Origin: Vitrella brassicaformis CCMP3155
Lineage: Eukaryota; Protista; Chromerida
DNA length: 64,000 nt
Direction: 5' to 3'
Assembly (NCBI GenBank): GCA_001179505.1
Contig: CDMY01000646.1
Location: forward strand, 124,001-188,000
Below, piece after piece: positions 13,197-29,547 of the stretch (position 1 is the stretch's first letter; the number at the start of each line of letters is the position of its first letter). The notes beneath the pieces were generated by a model that saw only the letters and a program-made list of their open reading frames with translations, made no database searches and had not been told where the DNA came from. Position numbers and translations under genes: made by a program.

Positions 13197-15415
13197 CTAC
13201 TGCGTGAGCTCGGTGAGGGCCACGACGGCCTGGCGGATGTCCCCGCCCTTCATCTACACACACTCGACACACACCAGACATAAAGAAGAGAATGGGCGCT
13301 CGCTTCACGCTCGTGTAAGTCGTGTAGGTGGTGTGGTGCATACCTTGAGTATCTCGCGGTTGAGGTCCTGGTTCTCGAAACCCATCTCGCTCAACAACTG
13401 AAACATACACAACACATCCAGCCTCTCTCTCCCCTCCCTCCCTCCCTCCCTGCCAACCCACCGACGCACCTGCAGCTTCCTGTCCATGTCCTGCTGGTCG
13501 GCGTCGCCCTCACCCTCGCCCTGCCCCTGTGTCTGGGCACCCGAACGCTCCTCGTTGTTGCCCGGCCCCTCGTTCCACATCTCCAACTCGACATCCCAGC
13601 CGGGCTGAGCCGAAGGGCCGGGGGGAGGAGGCGGGGGCATCATGCCGCCGCCCATGCCGCCATACCCCCATGCCTGGCCGCAGAAGGGCGGCATCGGCAT
13701 GCCACCCCATGGCTGGCCGCCACGGTGGCCGAAGCCGCGAGGGCCCCAGCCGTGGTGGTGGTGGCGACCGCCGAAATGGAAGTTCTGCAACGTCATGGAT
13801 ACAATGATAAGCATGGTGTGTTGGTGGCCGTGGTCGGTGTGTTGGTTTGTGTGTGGTGTGCGTGCTGTACCTTGTGGTGTGCCTTCCACTTGCCGCCCTT
13901 CTTGCCGCCACACGGGCCGCCCCTGCCGCCACACGGCCCGGGGCGGCCCTGGTTGGGCGCGCCGCAGCTGAAGTCGACCGATCCGGCGAATCGGGGCATC
14001 ACCACGGGCACCAGCGACGCAAACTCACTCATAATCACCTGGATGGACAACACACACACGCCCTCGAGTGCATCCTCCCTCTCTCTCTCCCTCCCTCCCT
14101 CCCTCCCCTGTTGCTTACCTGCAGCAGCTCCAGGGCATACTGCAGAGCAGCGGTGGCGATGCCGTCCACGGCCTTGACCAGGGCCTTGAGCACGTCAGCC
14201 ACAGCCACACTGGTGCCGTCCACCAGCGAGCGCACGCCGGCCGTGAATGCCTCCAGGTTGTGGGTGAGTGCCTCGCGGTCGATGGCGGCCTCCGACATGC
14301 CGTGGACGGTGGCGGTGGTCTGCTCGAGCTGCGTGCCGATGCGCTGCAGGCGCTCGGTGATCTGGGGGAGGTAGTCGACGGCGGCCTCGTTGATGCGCTC
14401 GGCGTGGCTGTCGATGCTCTCACTAACGTTCTGCAGAAACCCGCGGGCCATCGAGGCCGCCTGACAGACAGAGACACAAACAAACAAACAGACATGTGAG
14501 CCGGACAAAGTGTGTTGATGGATGGGATTGTGTGTCAGTGTGTACCGTGTTGGGGTCGTTGAGGAGGCTCATCATCATCGCCATGAAGCCCATCGGGCCG
14601 CAGGGCGGGGGACCCTCTCGCTCCTGCTGCTGCTGCTGCTGCTCCTGCTCCCCCTCTCCCTCTGTCTCCTGGCTGGCAGCTGCCTTCTTGGCGTCCCTCT
14701 TGGCCTCCTTGACGGCGCGCTTGCGCTCCCGGTCGATGTCCTTGGTGTTGATGACCTTGAGCTTGAGGATGGCCTTGCTGCTGTCGCCCGCCTCATGGGC
14801 CACCTGGATGGCGTCGAGCGTCGTGCTGGGCGTCAACGTGCAGTACTCACCTGCAGCAGAGCAGCAACACATGGAAACGCATCGACGATGGTGTGATGGT
14901 GTGATGCTGTGAGGCGCGACATACCCTCTTCGTCGAGATACTTGAGGACATAGCCGTCCGCGAGGTGGGGCGCCTTGCCGGGCTCGACATCGGCCTTGTT
15001 GAGGCCCTCGTAGCTGTCCGTCAACGTGTCGATGATCTGGGAAAGAAAATCACACAAGAGATCCAGCATTGAGCATTGAGCATGACGTCTCAGACGGCCT
15101 TCTCTGGCAGTCTCGTCTCTCCTTACCAACTCATAGTACTTGGCAGGCGAAGCACTGCTGGCAATGTCGAAACCCGGCAGACGGAACCGACGAATGTCGC
15201 CCTGACGCACAGAACACACAGACAAGCGGGCAGTCGTTGGGAATTGTGTGCCGGTGCAGGGCGCCGGTCGTGCGCACCTGGAAGTCGACTTTGAGCAGCA
15301 TGGTGCCGTTGGTTGGGGTGACGAGGACATACTGGGATGCGGTGGATGCCGTGGGACCCTCTGCAGCAGCCGCGGCGGCAGCAGCGGACGATGACGGCGA
15401 ACTCGTGGGCACCAT
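13197..15415 (-). CDS. PB1 + UBA domain protein (p62/NBR1-like architecture), about 9 exons
   Basis: N-terminal LLKVDFQ|GDIRRFRL...YVLKYLDEEG|EYCTL matches PB1 (basic Lys plus OPCA motif). C-terminal spliced LLSEMGFENQDLNREILK|MKGGDIRQAVVALTELTQ* matches UBA. Gly/His/Pro-rich middle region. Confidence 0.8.
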
Positions 15416-15729
15416 CAGAAGAACGACAGATCAACAACAACTATCACTATCTCAGACAGCAACAACACTACTGTCACAAGACTCTCAGAATGGGCAGAAT
15501 GGCCGTGTGCCAGCCTGTCCGTTGAGTCCTTCGCGTGTTTCGTCTCTTCAGCCCTGCCACAGGAGAAGAATTTCACGATCACCCTACCCTCTTTCAAGCT
15601 CGCAATTCCAAGTGACTCAAAGGCAGAGCGTCAAGCGGCTAGGCGCCACATCCATCGCATCGTATCGTCCACATTCATTGGGTTTCAAACGATCCCGCCA
15701 TCTCTGACAGTCACTGACTGAGAAGGAAC

Positions 15730-19881
<4,152 letters not shown>

Positions 19882-20442
19882 CCACATACACACACACCTG
19901 CCTGCAGTCAGTGTGCCTTCACACTGTGTGCTGTGCTGGACCGTCCGTCCACACCGCACGAACAAGAACCGTTCTCATCTCATAAAGGTTGCAGGCAGAG
20001 AGAGGCAGAGAGAGGCTGGCTAACTGATTGGTGTGTGTACACTATGCATGACGAGCGAGCATGACTGTGGCTGTCTGTATAGTCAGTGTGCAGCGTTCGA
20101 TGGAGGCTTGGTTGGATGGATTGGCTGCATGAGGTGCTGGTTGGTTGGTTGATGCGTTGTTGTGTGTTGGTGAGAGGGAGCGAGCGACGGACGGACACAG
20201 CGAACCAATTTAACTTAACCACACACACACACGTGTGTGCGAGTCGATAGCTATGTACATCGGAAGGGGCCAAATGTATAACGACGTGCCCTCACATCTC
20301 ACATCACATCAACTGCATCCATCCATCCCACCGGCACACACCAAAAAGGCCGCGGTATCACAGCACTCAAACAAACGCCTCCTTCACTCACCCACACAGA
20401 CACACCGATTAAGCACTCCAGTCGGTGGGTCACGCCAAATCG

Positions 20443-20760
20443 TCATGACTCCCTGACGTCCGCATAAGCCCGAAAGATGTGGAAGAACAGCCCATCTGCA
20501 CCCTGATGCCGCTGCTGACCCTCCTGCTGCTGCTGCTGCTGCTGCTGATCACGCCCCGCCTCCACATCATCCACCAGTGACGATGACGCCGTGGCTCCGC
20601 CGGCTGGCTCACCCTCCAGCAGGCCTTTCCCTCTCCTCCGTCTGTGGCGCTTCCCCGTGTGCCTCCTCCAACACAGGCTGCTGGACACGAGAGCCGTCCC
20701 GACCACCAGTATCACCACACACAACGATAAGAACGCCGCAGCTCGGAGGGAGAGAGCCAT
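20443..20760 (-). CDS. Small single-pass membrane or secreted protein, 105 aa
   Basis: Single-exon ORF with a hydrophobic N-terminus (AAAFLSLCVVILVVGTALVSSSL), a basic stretch (RRHTGKRHRRRRGK) and poly-Q. Confidence 0.5.
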   Translation of the reverse strand: MALSLRAAAFLSLCVVILVVGTALVSSSLCWRRHTGKRHRRRRGKGLLEGEPAGGATASSSLVDDVEAGRDQQQQQQQQEGQQRHQGADGLFFHIFRAYADVRES

Positions 20761-21026
20761 TTACGGCAGACAGATGAAAGGCCGTGACCGCGCTGATCAG
20801 GATATCCTCTTTTCCCTCAGTCAGTGTGTAAGCCGTGCAGACCCTTCCACACTGCATGCCACATTGGTTGGGAATGAAAGGCCTTCCATTCCCTGCGCCA
20901 AGAGCTCTCGGCGAATTCGATCCTGGGTCGATCCCGCGAAAAAAGGCTCTTTTGCAGTCCGCTTTCAGCCCTCCTGCTGTCTTTTGGGCTTACAGGTGCA
21001 TGGCGCTCAGATTCGCGCCCGGGGGG

Positions 21027-21326
21027 NNNNNNNNNNNNNNNNNNNNNNNNNNNNNNNNNNNNNNNNNNNNNNNNNNNNNNNNNNNNNNNNNNNNNNNNNN
21101 NNNNNNNNNNNNNNNNNNNNNNNNNNNNNNNNNNNNNNNNNNNNNNNNNNNNNNNNNNNNNNNNNNNNNNNNNNNNNNNNNNNNNNNNNNNNNNNNNNNN
21201 NNNNNNNNNNNNNNNNNNNNNNNNNNNNNNNNNNNNNNNNNNNNNNNNNNNNNNNNNNNNNNNNNNNNNNNNNNNNNNNNNNNNNNNNNNNNNNNNNNNN
21301 NNNNNNNNNNNNNNNNNNNNNNNNNN
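21027..21326. other. Assembly gap (300 N) flanked by poly-G
   Basis: Exactly 300 N between G runs, upstream of the NRPS start. Confidence 0.99.
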
Positions 21327-21404
21327 GGGGGGGGGGGGGGGGGGAGTCGGCGATCACTGGAATTCAGCTCGCAGAAGCTTCGGCGTCGCGCGTGAAATAG
21401 AGAA

Positions 21405-22228
21405 ATGGCACCTACGAGCGGAGATTTCGGGATGCCTGTGCTAGATCGGTCCCTAAGCAACGCGGGGACGCGCCTGTCGCTCAGCCAGGTGCGGTCGACA
21501 ATGTGTGTCTGAAGGGATTGATCTGATCTAATGTGTCAAATGCTTGTGTGTTTTGTGTTGTCTACAGGAGGCCCGGTGGTTTGTCGAGTCCTTGACTCAT
21601 GGCGCCGGCCTGGCCAACAAGGCCACTTTGCGGCTGGCCCTGCCCAAGCAGTACACCGACATAGATCGGGCCAGGGAGGCCTTGTCGGACCTTGTCGACA
21701 CCACTCAGGTCAGGTGGTCAGATAAGATGAAGACACGCAGGCAGGAAGAGTGTGTTGGTGTGTCGGTGTGCTGATTGCAGTGCTGCCAGTCTTCGTATGC
21801 GTGTGTGGGCGATGGCGGGGAGCGCGTGCGGCAGAAGCACTCGTGTGTGGTGCCTTTGGTGACGGCCGTCGACTGCTGTGGGTGGGAGCATGGGAAGATT
21901 GAGGAGGAGATCGGTCGGCTGGCGGGGAAGGCATTCGACCTGCAGGGAGAGGCGCCCATCCGAATGATCGTCGTGCATGTGAGGGCGTGAGTCGCTCGCT
22001 CGGCGTGGCGATGGACAAGTGAATGTGTGTGTGTGTGTGTGTGTATGTTAAGAGTGGAGCCGAGAGTGTCACAGACACCGTGGTGTTTGTCGGCCACCTG
22101 CTGTCGTTCGATACGCCGTCCTTCTACGCCGTGTGCGAGAAGGCCATCGCACTGCTCACACAACTGGAGGTGCGCTGCGTACGGACACTCCCCCTCCCCA
22201 CACACAGACGCACCTCTCTCTCTCTCTG

Positions 22229-22264
<36 letters not shown>

Positions 22265-25200
22265 GCGATGCAGTCGAGCGACCCTGAGTGGGGCCATCAG
22301 TATCCCTATTTCGATTTCCACTTCAACTTCGATGAGTACGTCAAAGCCGAGAGGGCCGCACTCGCCAACAGCGAGGCGCTCAAGGTTCGTTCGCACGGAG
22401 CGTGCACTCCCGCACACACACATGAAGTGTGTCATGTGTGTGTGTGTGTTCAGGAGCACTGGTCTAAGGTCGTGAGTGGCGTGCCGCCTTTGGAGCTGCC
22501 GATGGCCGTGGGGGCCAGCCGCCCGAAGGGCAAGCTGTTTGAGGGCAAGATGGCTACCATCGCCATTGACAGCGACACCGGTGAGCTCTCCACACCCCAC
22601 CACACAAATGAGAGTCACGGACGGCCATTCTTGTGTTGGTGTGTGTATGTCTGTGCAGTGCGTCAGCTGTGGGGCGTGGTGAGGCGTGCAGGGGTGACTG
22701 TTGAGTCCCTTGTGCTGGCGGCCTTTCAGGCAAGCCGTCACCATCAACACGCACACACACCGTCAGAGGGAATGTATGTGTGTGTATGTGTATGTGTGTG
22801 ACTTAACTGCACTGCAGGTGGCGATTCACCGTTACAGCCGAGAGGACGAGTTCCTGGTGGCCTACCACGCACACCCCACTGGGCCGCCCATCAACTACCC
22901 AAAGGCTGAAAAGGCCATCGGACCCGTAAGCGCCCACTCTCACACACAGATTTGCACCTCTGTGTGTGTCTGTGTGTCTCTATATGTCAGTTTCACGACA
23001 CCACTGTGCTGCGGCTGGGATACTCGCCCGACGCGACGCTCACGGAGGTGCACATGAGTGTGAGCATGTGGCAACGCATGACAGCCACACATTCCTCTGT
23101 TCCTCCTCTTGTGTACCTGTGGGTGGGTGCAGGTGGCGCAGTCGGTGCTGTCCAAGATCGCAGAGGCCCGCAACCACCAGCCATACCCTCTCGCACAAAT
23201 CGCAAGAGACATCAGTGCGTCGCCCTCACAGACACATACACACAGACACACACACACACACACACACAGCCCTCTGTGTGTGTGTGTATGTGCAGGCAAG
23301 CATGAGGGCAAAGGCAGCAGCAGCACGGGCCACTCGGCGGTGTGTCAGGCTGGCTTCGTGTACATGGCCTTCAACGGGGAGATGCCCCGCGTGGCCAACG
23401 CCCTCGCACACACACCCCAGATTAACGCACAAAGTGTCGACTTCGGTACGTGCGTGTCGGTGTGGCCATCCTCTGTCTGTCTGTCAAGACAGGCGTGTGT
23501 CTGTGTGGGTGTGGGTGTGGGTGTGTGTGTTGGTGTTGTCAGATTACACACTGGAGGCGTATGCGTTCTCCGATCCGCCCGGGAAGGCACCTGGTATCCT
23601 TCGCGCCCATCCATCCATCCATCCACACACACAGATGTGACTGTGTGTGCGTGTGGTGGCAACAGGGGTGTTGCAGCTCAACCTCAAGTACAATCCCCAC
23701 TGGCTGAATGCTGCCCGCGCACAGCAGCTTCTGCACAGCCTCGCCGCGTGCATCCGGGGCTCTGTCCGGAGCAATGACGCTGAGAAGGTCTCCACACACA
23801 CACATCTCCGTGTGTGTGTGCGTTCATCTGTGTGTGTGTGTGTGGCTTATGGCAAGTGCAGGTGGGGGATCTGGACATGGTTTCGGCGGATGAGAGGCGC
23901 CTCATGCTCGACACGTTCAACGACACAGGTCCGCGGACACTGAGCCCCCTAGACACACGCACACACACACGCTCACTCAGCCCACAATGGATGCGACGAA
24001 TGCAGCTGTGGATTACGACCTCTCCCGGCCGCTGCACCACTGGCTAGAGGAGCAGAGGAACAAAACACCAGGTGAGTGTGTGAGTGTGCCAACACGAGTA
24101 CACCTGCATCTGTGTGTGTGGGTGAATGGATGCATCAGATGCACCTGCGGTCGAGTTCGACGGCGCGGTGCTCACATACGAGCAGCTGCACACAAGGGCT
24201 GACAGATTGGCCAAGATCCTGCCGCCCGTACGCTCATCACATGGACATCCACATGTCTGTCAGAGAGTGTGTGTGTGTGTGGTGCAGAAGCGTTTGATCG
24301 GTGTGGCGATGGACCGCTCACACGAGATGGTGGTCGCCCTGGTGGCCGTGCTCAAGGTCAGTGTGTTCCGCGCCCAGACCACGCTCCCACGGATAGCAAC
24401 ATGTGGTGTGTGGTGTGTGAGGTGTGTGGTGTGTGTGGTGTGTGTGTGTGGTCAGGCGAACAGTGCCTACGTGCCGATTGACCCGTCTTATCCCAAGGAC
24501 AGAGTGGATTTCCTCCTGACCGACTGCAACGCGCCCGTACTGCTGACACAGACACACCTGCTCAGCACCATTGTCAAGTAAACCCTTACACACACACGCG
24601 CACAGAGAGAGAGAGAGAGACACACACACGCATGGCTGTGCTTCCGGACAGGGAGGGAGGCGAGAACGCCCCCAGGGTCATCTGTGTGGACAGTCTAGCT
24701 GAGACCCACACACCAGGCGACGGTGCAATGGCAATGTGTGAGTGTGCATCATCATCTTCCGACGACCCCGCTTACATGATCTACACGAGCGGCTCAACCG
24801 GCCGGCCCAAGGGCGCCATCAACTCACACAGGGGGATCGTCAACAGGCTGCTCTGGATGCAGGACGCCTATCGGCTGACGGAGCGCGACGCTGTGCTGCA
24901 GAAGACGCCCTTCAGCTTTGATGTCTCGGTGTGGGAGTTCTTCTGGCCACTGATGGTTGGCGCCAAGATCGTCGTTGCGAAGCCGGGTACGCTGCACACG
25001 CCTGCATGGTCGCTCGCCAGGTGTGTGTTGGGACCGTTCGTTCGTGTGTTATATATGTGTGCAGGCGGCCATCGCGAGCCCGACTACCTGGCGGACCTGA
25101 TAGTGTCTTCCGGCGTCACGACCTGCCACTTCGTGCCCAGCATGCTGTCCGTCTTCCTGGTACGTCTAGTCTACACAGAGAGAGAGAGAGAGATGTGATG

Positions 25201-26102
25201 TGAGAATGACCTGCCATGACCGGCTCTCTATGGGTGTTAGGACGAAGCCAAGGCGCCTGGGTGTTCGGCGTCGCTGAGGCGGGCTATCTGCTCGGGAGAG
25301 GTGCGCATTCACACACACACTTGACAGACAGACAGACAGACAGAGAGACAGAGAGACGTGCACATGTGTGAGTGTTGCAGGCGCTTCCCCTCGAGCTGCA
25401 GGACCGGTTCTTCCGAACCATGCACGACGTCGAACTGCACAACCTGTCAGCACACACACGAGCGTCGAGACGAAGACACACCTCTCTCTGTATCTCCCTT
25501 TCTCTCTGTGTGCACAGGTACGGCCCGACCGAGGCGGCCATTGACGTGACAGCGTGGCAGTGCTCGCCGGACAGCAAGTATGCCCCCACTCCCAAGGCTC
25601 CCACACCCACGCAGAGAGAAATGTTTGTGTGTGTGTGTGTGTGTGTGTCTGCAGGTTGCCGACGGTGCCAATCGGGAAGGCCATCGCCAACACAAAGCTG
25701 TACATCCTCGACTCGCGCCTGCAAATGGTCCCTGTGGGCGTAGCTGGGGAGCTGCACATCGGTACGTGTGCATTCCCCCCCCCCCCCCCCCCCCCCCNNN
25801 NNNNNNNNNNNNNNNNNNNNNNNNNNNNNNNNNNNNNNNNNNNNNNNNNNNNNNNNNNNNNNNNNNNNNNNNNNNNNNNNNNNNNNNNNNNNNNNNNNNN
25901 NNNNNNNNNNNNNNNNNNNNNNNNNNNNNNNNNNNNNNNNNNNNNNNNNNNNNNNNNNNNNNNNNNNNNNNNNNNNNNNNNNNNNNNNNNNNNNNNNNNN
26001 NNNNNNNNNNNNNNNNNNNNNNNNNNNNNNNNNNNNNNNNNNNNNNNNNNNNNNNNNNNNNNNNNNNNNNNNNNNNNNNNNNNNNNNNNNNNNNNNNTTC
26101 CC

Positions 26103-26133
<31 letters not shown>

Positions 26134-26494
26134 ACATCCATCAGCGCACATCTGTGTGCAGGTGGCGTGCAAGTGGCGATTGGGTACCATAGCCGGCCCG
26201 AACTGACGGCTCAGCGGTTCATCTCTGACCCTTACAGTGACAACGGCGGCCGGATGTACAAGACGGGGGACCTGGCGCGCTACTGGCCCGACGGCAGCAT
26301 CGAGTTCCTCGGCAGAATTGACTTTCAGGTATGGGTGGTGTGTGGTGTGTGGTGTGTGGGCGAGTAAATGGGTGGGTGGATGGATGGATGTGTGTGTGTC
26401 TCTGTGTGAGCAGGTGAAGATTCGGGGTCTTCGGATAGAGCTGGGAGAGATCGAGGAGGCCATTGCGTGAGTCAAGGACACACGTGCACACAGC

Positions 26495-26528
<34 letters not shown>

Positions 26529-29235
26529 CAGGGGCAAACATGAAGACTCACACGTGTGTTGGGTGGTCTGGGTCAGCTCCCATCCCTTGGTGAAGGAGGC
26601 AGTCGTCCTGGCCAGGAACGGCGCTCTCGTGGCCTACTTGACGCCAACACACCCCACCACCCAAGTAGAGGTCAGTCACGTGCACACGCAGCGCCACCAT
26701 GCCGCGATCAAGACACACACTGTTGTGTGGATGGACGTGCAGCCCTCGAGCCTCCGGTCGCATCTGAAGGAGACTCTGCCCGAGTACATGGTGCCCTCGG
26801 CCTTCGTGCAGCTGCACAGGTGGATTGAGCGCATTGCACACACACACACACACACATGGATGTCTGTCTATCTGTCTGTCTGCCTGTGTGTCCATGTGTG
26901 TGTGCAGTTTGCCTCAGACGCCCAACGGGAAGCTGGACAGGAAGGCACTCCCTGCACCATCTGACGAGAACCTGGGCAGGAACCAAAGTGAGTGTTCTTC
27001 CCTCTGCACCCAACCCCGGACAAGAGAGAGAGAGATGGATTGTATCCGTGTCTCTTGTTGGTGCAGGTGAGTACGTTGCCCCGTCCACAGGCGTGGAGAA
27101 GGCCATCACATCCATCTGGCAGTCGCTGCTCGGGTGCGTGTGTGTACGTGTCTGCACACAGAAATGACGCCACTCATCCGGATGTGTCCGTCTGTCTGTG
27201 TGTCTGTGTGTCTGTGTGTCTGTGTGTCTGTGTGTCTGTGTGTCTGTGTGTGCGCAGCATCGAGAAGGTCTCCGTGGACGCTGATTGGTTCGAAAATGGC
27301 GGCAACAGCCTGCTGGTACACACACACACATACACACAGACATCCACAGCGCACAGCACCTTCACATACGACGCTCTCTCTCTCTCTCTGTGCGTGTGTG
27401 TCACAGGCGATGCGTTTGGTGAGCTGTGTGGAGAAGGAGTGCGGCGCCAAGCTGGGCCTGGCACAGCTGCTCAAGGCCTCCACCGTCCGCGGCCTGGCCG
27501 CACTTGTCGAGGAGAAAAGAAACAACGCCGAGAAGGTGCGTGTGCAGCCGAGAGAGAAGCTCACAAAGCCCCGTGTCCACTCATCCATGTGTGTGGTCGG
27601 TCGGTCTGTCTGTGGTTGTCTGTGGCTGACAGCAATCGCGCTGGCACAAGTGTGTTATCGAGATCACGCCAAAGTGAGTACAATACGCACGGGCAGGAGA
27701 ACCCCCAGGCCCTTAATCTGGCCCGTCTTGCTGTTTCTTTCTTTCCGCAGGCAGCCCGGCAGCACCAGGCGGCCTCTCTTCCTCGTCCACCCAGCTGGTA
27801 CTCTCACACACACGCCCATACTAACCTCGCAGGTATGTTGATGTCCTGTCCTACGCTGTCTCTGTCCCCACACAGGTGGCCACGTCTTGTGCTACGCCCC
27901 GATCGGCCGCCACATGGGCCCCGACTTCCCTCTCTATGGCGTGCAGGCCACTGGTACGCCACGGCACGGCACGCCGCGCCACGCGCACAAGCGTCCAATG
28001 GATGTGCACATGCACGTGTCCTGCAGGGTTTGCCGCTGGCGAGGAGCCCAATCAGACAGTCGAGGCGATGGCCAGGCTGTACGCCGACGCCATCAGTACG
28101 TTCGTGTGCCTGCACCTGCGCACCGATGCATTCATCACTCTCTCTCTCTCTCTCTCTCTGTGTCTGTGTGTGTGTGTGTGTGTGTGTGCAGCGACTGTTG
28201 AGCCCTCCGGCCCCTACCGGGTGGGCGGCTGGTCGTTTGGAGGCGTTGTTGCGTATGCGACCTGCCTGGAGCTGATGCGCAGGGGACACACAGTGGAGAT
28301 CTGCGGTATGAAGAGCGCACCCCCCCCCCCCCCNNNNNNNNNNNNNNNNNNNNNNNNNNNNNNNNNNNNNNNNNNNNNNNNNNNNNNNNNNNNNNNNNNN
28401 NNNNNNNNNNNNNNNNNNNNNNNNNNNNNNNNNNNNNNNNNNNNNNNNNNNNNNNNNNNNNNNNNNNNNNNNNNNNNNNNNNNNNNNNNNNNNNNNNNNN
28501 NNNNNNNNNNNNNNNNNNNNNNNNNNNNNNNNNNNNNNNNNNNNNNNNNNNNNNNNNNNNNNNNNNNNNNNNNNNNNNNNNNNNNNNNNNNNNNNNNNNN
28601 NNNNNNNNNNNNNNNNNNNNNNNNNNNNNNNNNGGCCCCCACACACACGGACCCATGTGTCCATGTCCCATGGGTGCAGCGGTTCTCGACTCGTGGCGCC
28701 CCATCATCCTCGACAAGGCAAAGGTGGATACTCACCATCTTGACACACACACACACCAAACCCGTCCAAATATCAGCGGTGTGTGTGTGTGCAGGAGATC
28801 ACCGATCAGTATCTGGTCGGCGTCTGCTCCCGAGTCTTCGGCGGCATGTTCGGACAGGTATGCCACACACGCATTTGGACGCATTTTGCACAGCCACACG
28901 TGTGTCTACGGTCACACACTCAGGACAATTTGGTGACTGACGAGGAGCTGGCATCGGTTGAGGGCGGCCACGGCGCCCAGATCGACTATATCATTGACAA
29001 AGCCAGACAGGTAGGCAAACACACACACAGACGCGTGTGTGAGGAGAACACACAATTGGACACACGTCTGTGTGTGTGTGTGTGTGTGTTGTGGAATAGG
29101 TGGGCATTTTCCCGGCGGACGTCGAGCAGAGCGAGAACAGGCGGATCCTGGAGGTGCTTGTGGGCACCCTCCGCGCCACCTACTCCTACAAGCCACCGAG
29201 ATTCCCAGGAACCGTCACATGCTTCAGAGCGTACG

Positions 29236-29266
<31 letters not shown>

Positions 29267-29547
29267 ACACACAGAGAGAGAGAAAGCGAGAGTGACAGAC
29301 GCATAAACGAACAGATGGATGGATGGACTGTGTGTGTGGACGTGTAACTAACAGGATGGAGAAGCACCTGCACGCGCCCGACCCTCAGCTGGTGTGGGTG
29401 GAGCTGTTCGCCATCATGGACGCCGACAAGGTGGACGTGCGGCAGTGTGCGGGGTCTCACTACACCTTCATCGTAGAGCCGCACGTCAAGGCCCTGGCAC
29501 ACAACATACGCGACGCTCTACTGGAGCTGGAGGGCGGGCAGAAGTAG
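21405..29547 (+). CDS. Monomodular non-ribosomal peptide synthetase C-A-T-TE, about 40 exons, predicted Ser-activating
   Basis: C1 motif LSLSQ|EARWF. A-domain cores [30 protein letters not shown]|YGPTE, GELHI|[22 protein letters not shown]|[21 protein letters not shown] and TPNGKLDRK. Carrier FENGGNSLL (Ser 27307-27309). TE GWSFG (Ser 28233-28235) and GSHYT (His 29458-29460). The junctions checked join in frame. Confidence 0.96.
25798..26097. other. Assembly gap (300 N) inside an NRPS intron
   Basis: Flanked by poly-C. The exons on either side join in frame (GELHI|GGVQ). Confidence 0.97.
28334..28633. other. Assembly gap (300 N) inside an NRPS intron
   Basis: Preceded by poly-C. The flanking exons join in frame (VEIC|AVLDSW). 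Confidence 0.97.

Noticed and set aside
27195-27250. (TCTGTGTG)n tandem array resembling a CRISPR-like repeat
   Set aside because: It is a spacer-less 8-mer satellite inside an NRPS intron; there are no cas genes and the context is eukaryotic.
21405-29547. Bacterial contamination or a full enterobactin operon
   Set aside because: About 40 spliceosomal introns match the host style, and no isochorismate synthase, EntA/B/E or siderophore transporter is visible in the window.
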